From assembly GCF_001194135.2 (NCBI RefSeq), contig NC_068983.1, positions 80,682,450 to 80,746,449 on the forward strand: 64,000 bases of DNA, read 5' to 3'. The translations under genes were made by a program, and so were the position numbers. Under the pieces are notes generated by a model. The model had not been told where the DNA came from and did not search any database. It worked only from the letters and a program-made list of their open reading frames with translations. Positions 61,932-64,000 of the stretch are shown here, piece by piece (position 1 is the first letter of the stretch; each line of letters starts with the position of its first letter). This DNA is from Octopus bimaculoides. Taxonomy: Eukaryota.

Positions 61932-62094
61932 GTATGTATGTATATATACAAAGGAGTCCAGTGCAATCTATGGGCAGGAGAGGTGCAGCTGAAGTGCACG
62001 AGAGTAGAAAGTTCAGGTAGAGAATACGTAAAAGTTCGTTGGGTGATGAGAGGAGACAGGATCAACTGGTGTGACCATGTGAGCGTGTAATATA

Positions 62095-62665
62095 TGGGGA
62101 GGATTCGCTAAAAAACAAAGGATGAAGACAGGTGGTGTAGACAACAAACAGATGTATTAGTTTAATGCTCAGGAAGTGAAAAAGTCTTTAACGTTTTGAG
62201 CCTATGCTCTTCCACAGAAAGGAACACCTCATCTCTTACACCCACTCCCACATACCCCACCTCTACCCCCCACCCTCAGACTAATCCATACTCCACCCTT
62301 GCCTTCCCCACTCTCGCCTTTCCCACCTACCAACACCATCACACCACACCATACATCACTACACCATACACCACCATACCACACAACACATCACCACGCA
62401 CACACTAGCACTGACCACGTCCCAGCCCCACATCTTCACACCTACACATACACACACACACATACTTGTCAAGGTCACCAGCCCTCTTCCACACACATAC
62501 ATACTCTCTTATACACACGCACGTGCACCTTTGTTTCGGGATCACCACAACTTTATTATCTCCCCTTCTTCCTAGCTCTCCTGTGTGACCCTTCTGTCCA
62601 GCATTCACCATAATAGATCGCTAGCCACTACACATTCTTTATTTTCTCTCCCTGTTTCTTTCTGT
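62095..62665. mobile_element. Family B PLE-like module in an inverted arrangement
   Basis: 62095-62225 is the reverse complement of 33137-33270. 62595-62665 matches 33070-33145 on the plus strand. CA-rich spacer between. Confidence 0.5.
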
Positions 62666-62915
62666 GTTCCTTTCTGTCGTGTGTTATTTCTTTACTACCC
62701 ACAAGGGGCTACACACAGAGGGGACAAACAAAGACAGACAAACGGATTAAGTCGATTATATCGACCCCAGTGCGTAACTGGTACTTATTTAATCAACCCC
62801 GAAAGGATGAAAGGCAAAGTCGACCTCGGCGGAATTTGAACTCAGAACGTAGCGGCAGATGAAATACCGCTAAGCATTTTGCCCGGCGTGCTAACGTTTC
62901 TGCCAGCTCGCCGCC
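62666..62915 (-). mobile_element. Young family 3 SINE (CpGs retained)
   Basis: CCCCGAAAGGATGAAAGGCAAAGTCGACCTCGGCGGAATTTGAACTCAGAACGTAGCGGC...CAGCTCGCCGCC. Confidence 0.9.
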
Positions 62916-63130
62916 TGTGTGTCTTTGTGTCTGTCTTCCCTCCCTCATCACCACTTGACAACTAGTGTTAATGTGTTCATGTCATTGTAACTTAGTGGTT
63001 TGGCAAAACAGACCAATAGAATAAGTACCAGGCTTAAAAAATAAGTACTGGGATTGATTTATTTGATTTAAAAAATTAAAGGCAGTGCTCCAGCATGACC
63101 ACAGTTAAATGACTGAAGCAAATAAAACAA
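62916..63130 (+). mobile_element. Family 2 SINE, 3' half
   Basis: GTAACTTAGTGGTTTGGCAAAACAGACCAATAGAATAAGTACCAGGC...GACTGAAGCAA. Confidence 0.8.
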
Positions 63131-63509
63131 TGTATAATATTTATGTGATAGTATGATATGTAATACTCAGAAAACAAACAGCTGTTACCAATGGGCAGAA
63201 ACAATTGTTGTACTTTGTGATTGAAACCTGTTCAATCCATCTTCTTGTTTTATAAATTTCCTGTTATATGTGTGTCTGTGTATGTGTGTGTGTGTGTATA
63301 TGAGTGCATGCATGCGTGTGTGCATGTGCGTGTTTGTGTGTGTTTGTGCATGTGTGCATGGTTGTACAAGCATGCACATGTGTGTGTGTGTGTGTGTGTG
63401 TAGGCTTGTGGCTTAGTGGTTAGGGTGTTGTACTCAAGATCATAAGACTGTGGCCTTGATCTCTTGGCAAGTTGGTGTACTGTGTTCTTCAGCAACATAC
63501 TTAATTTCC

Positions 63510-63890
63510 GTGGAGGTGCAATGGCCCAATGGTTAGGGCAGTAGACTCACAGTCTTAGGATCATGGTTTTGATTCCCAGACCGGGCCTTGTAAATGTTTA
63601 TTGAAGAAAATCACTTAAAGCTCCACGAGGCTCTGGCAGGGGATAGTGGCGAACCTTGCTTTACTCTTTCACCACAATTTTCTATCACACTTTCTTCCTG
63701 TTTCTGTTGTACCTGTATTTTAAAGGGCCAGCCTTCTCACACTCTGTGTCACGCTGAATCTCCCTGAAAACTACATTAAAGGTACATGTGTCTGTGCAGT
63801 GCTCAGCCACTTGCACGTTAATTTCACAAGCAGGCTGTTCCATTGATTGGATCAACTGGAACCCTCGTTGTCGTAACCAATGGAGTGCCA
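63510..63890 (+). mobile_element. Family 1 SINE, full length
   Basis: GTGGAGGTGCAATGGCCCAATGGTTAGGGC...GGAGTGCCA; matches 1626-1998 and 28116-28502. Confidence 0.9.
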
Positions 63891-64000
63891 CTTCTTTTCC
63901 TATTGCTCCAGTACATACAGCCAGCAAAATGCGCAATCCATTGACAGGAAACTGGCCTCATGAGCCCATGACTTGCGAAGGGTCTTGGTCCTTTGTTTTT

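Noticed and set aside
61585-61980. Direct repeat of ~50 bp on both sides of the 61637-61883 gap
   Set aside because: Identical sequence flanking a gap is most likely an unmerged contig overlap (assembly artefact).

Overview
AT-rich metazoan non-coding DNA with five N-gaps, almost certainly from an Octopus genome (inferred from the SINE/RTE repertoire and very high microsatellite density). I find no intact cellular protein-coding gene. Nearly every coding-like stretch is a decayed transposon. DNA transposons: a full-length hAT with TIRs and a perfect 8-bp TSD (22476-27746), an older hAT remnant (about 15690-18750), hAT and piggyBac MITEs, and a non-autonomous Helitron. Non-LTR retrotransposons: several RTE LINE pieces, including a 2.3-kb copy nested in a SINE and one with three C2H2 fingers, plus five R4/Dong-type fragments, most next to triplet microsatellites. 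There are three families of tRNA-derived SINEs. The most interesting signal is a set of Penelope-like terminal modules with hammerhead-ribozyme motifs. One is a complete minimal type I hammerhead with a U3-A8 covariant core (60718-60760). Another family carries a tRNA-like Pol III promoter between the GIY-YIG ORF end and the hammerhead-like motif, in an inverted, TSD-flanked structure (5145-6119). Family assignments come from motif recognition by eye, not database searches, and many boundaries are approximate.
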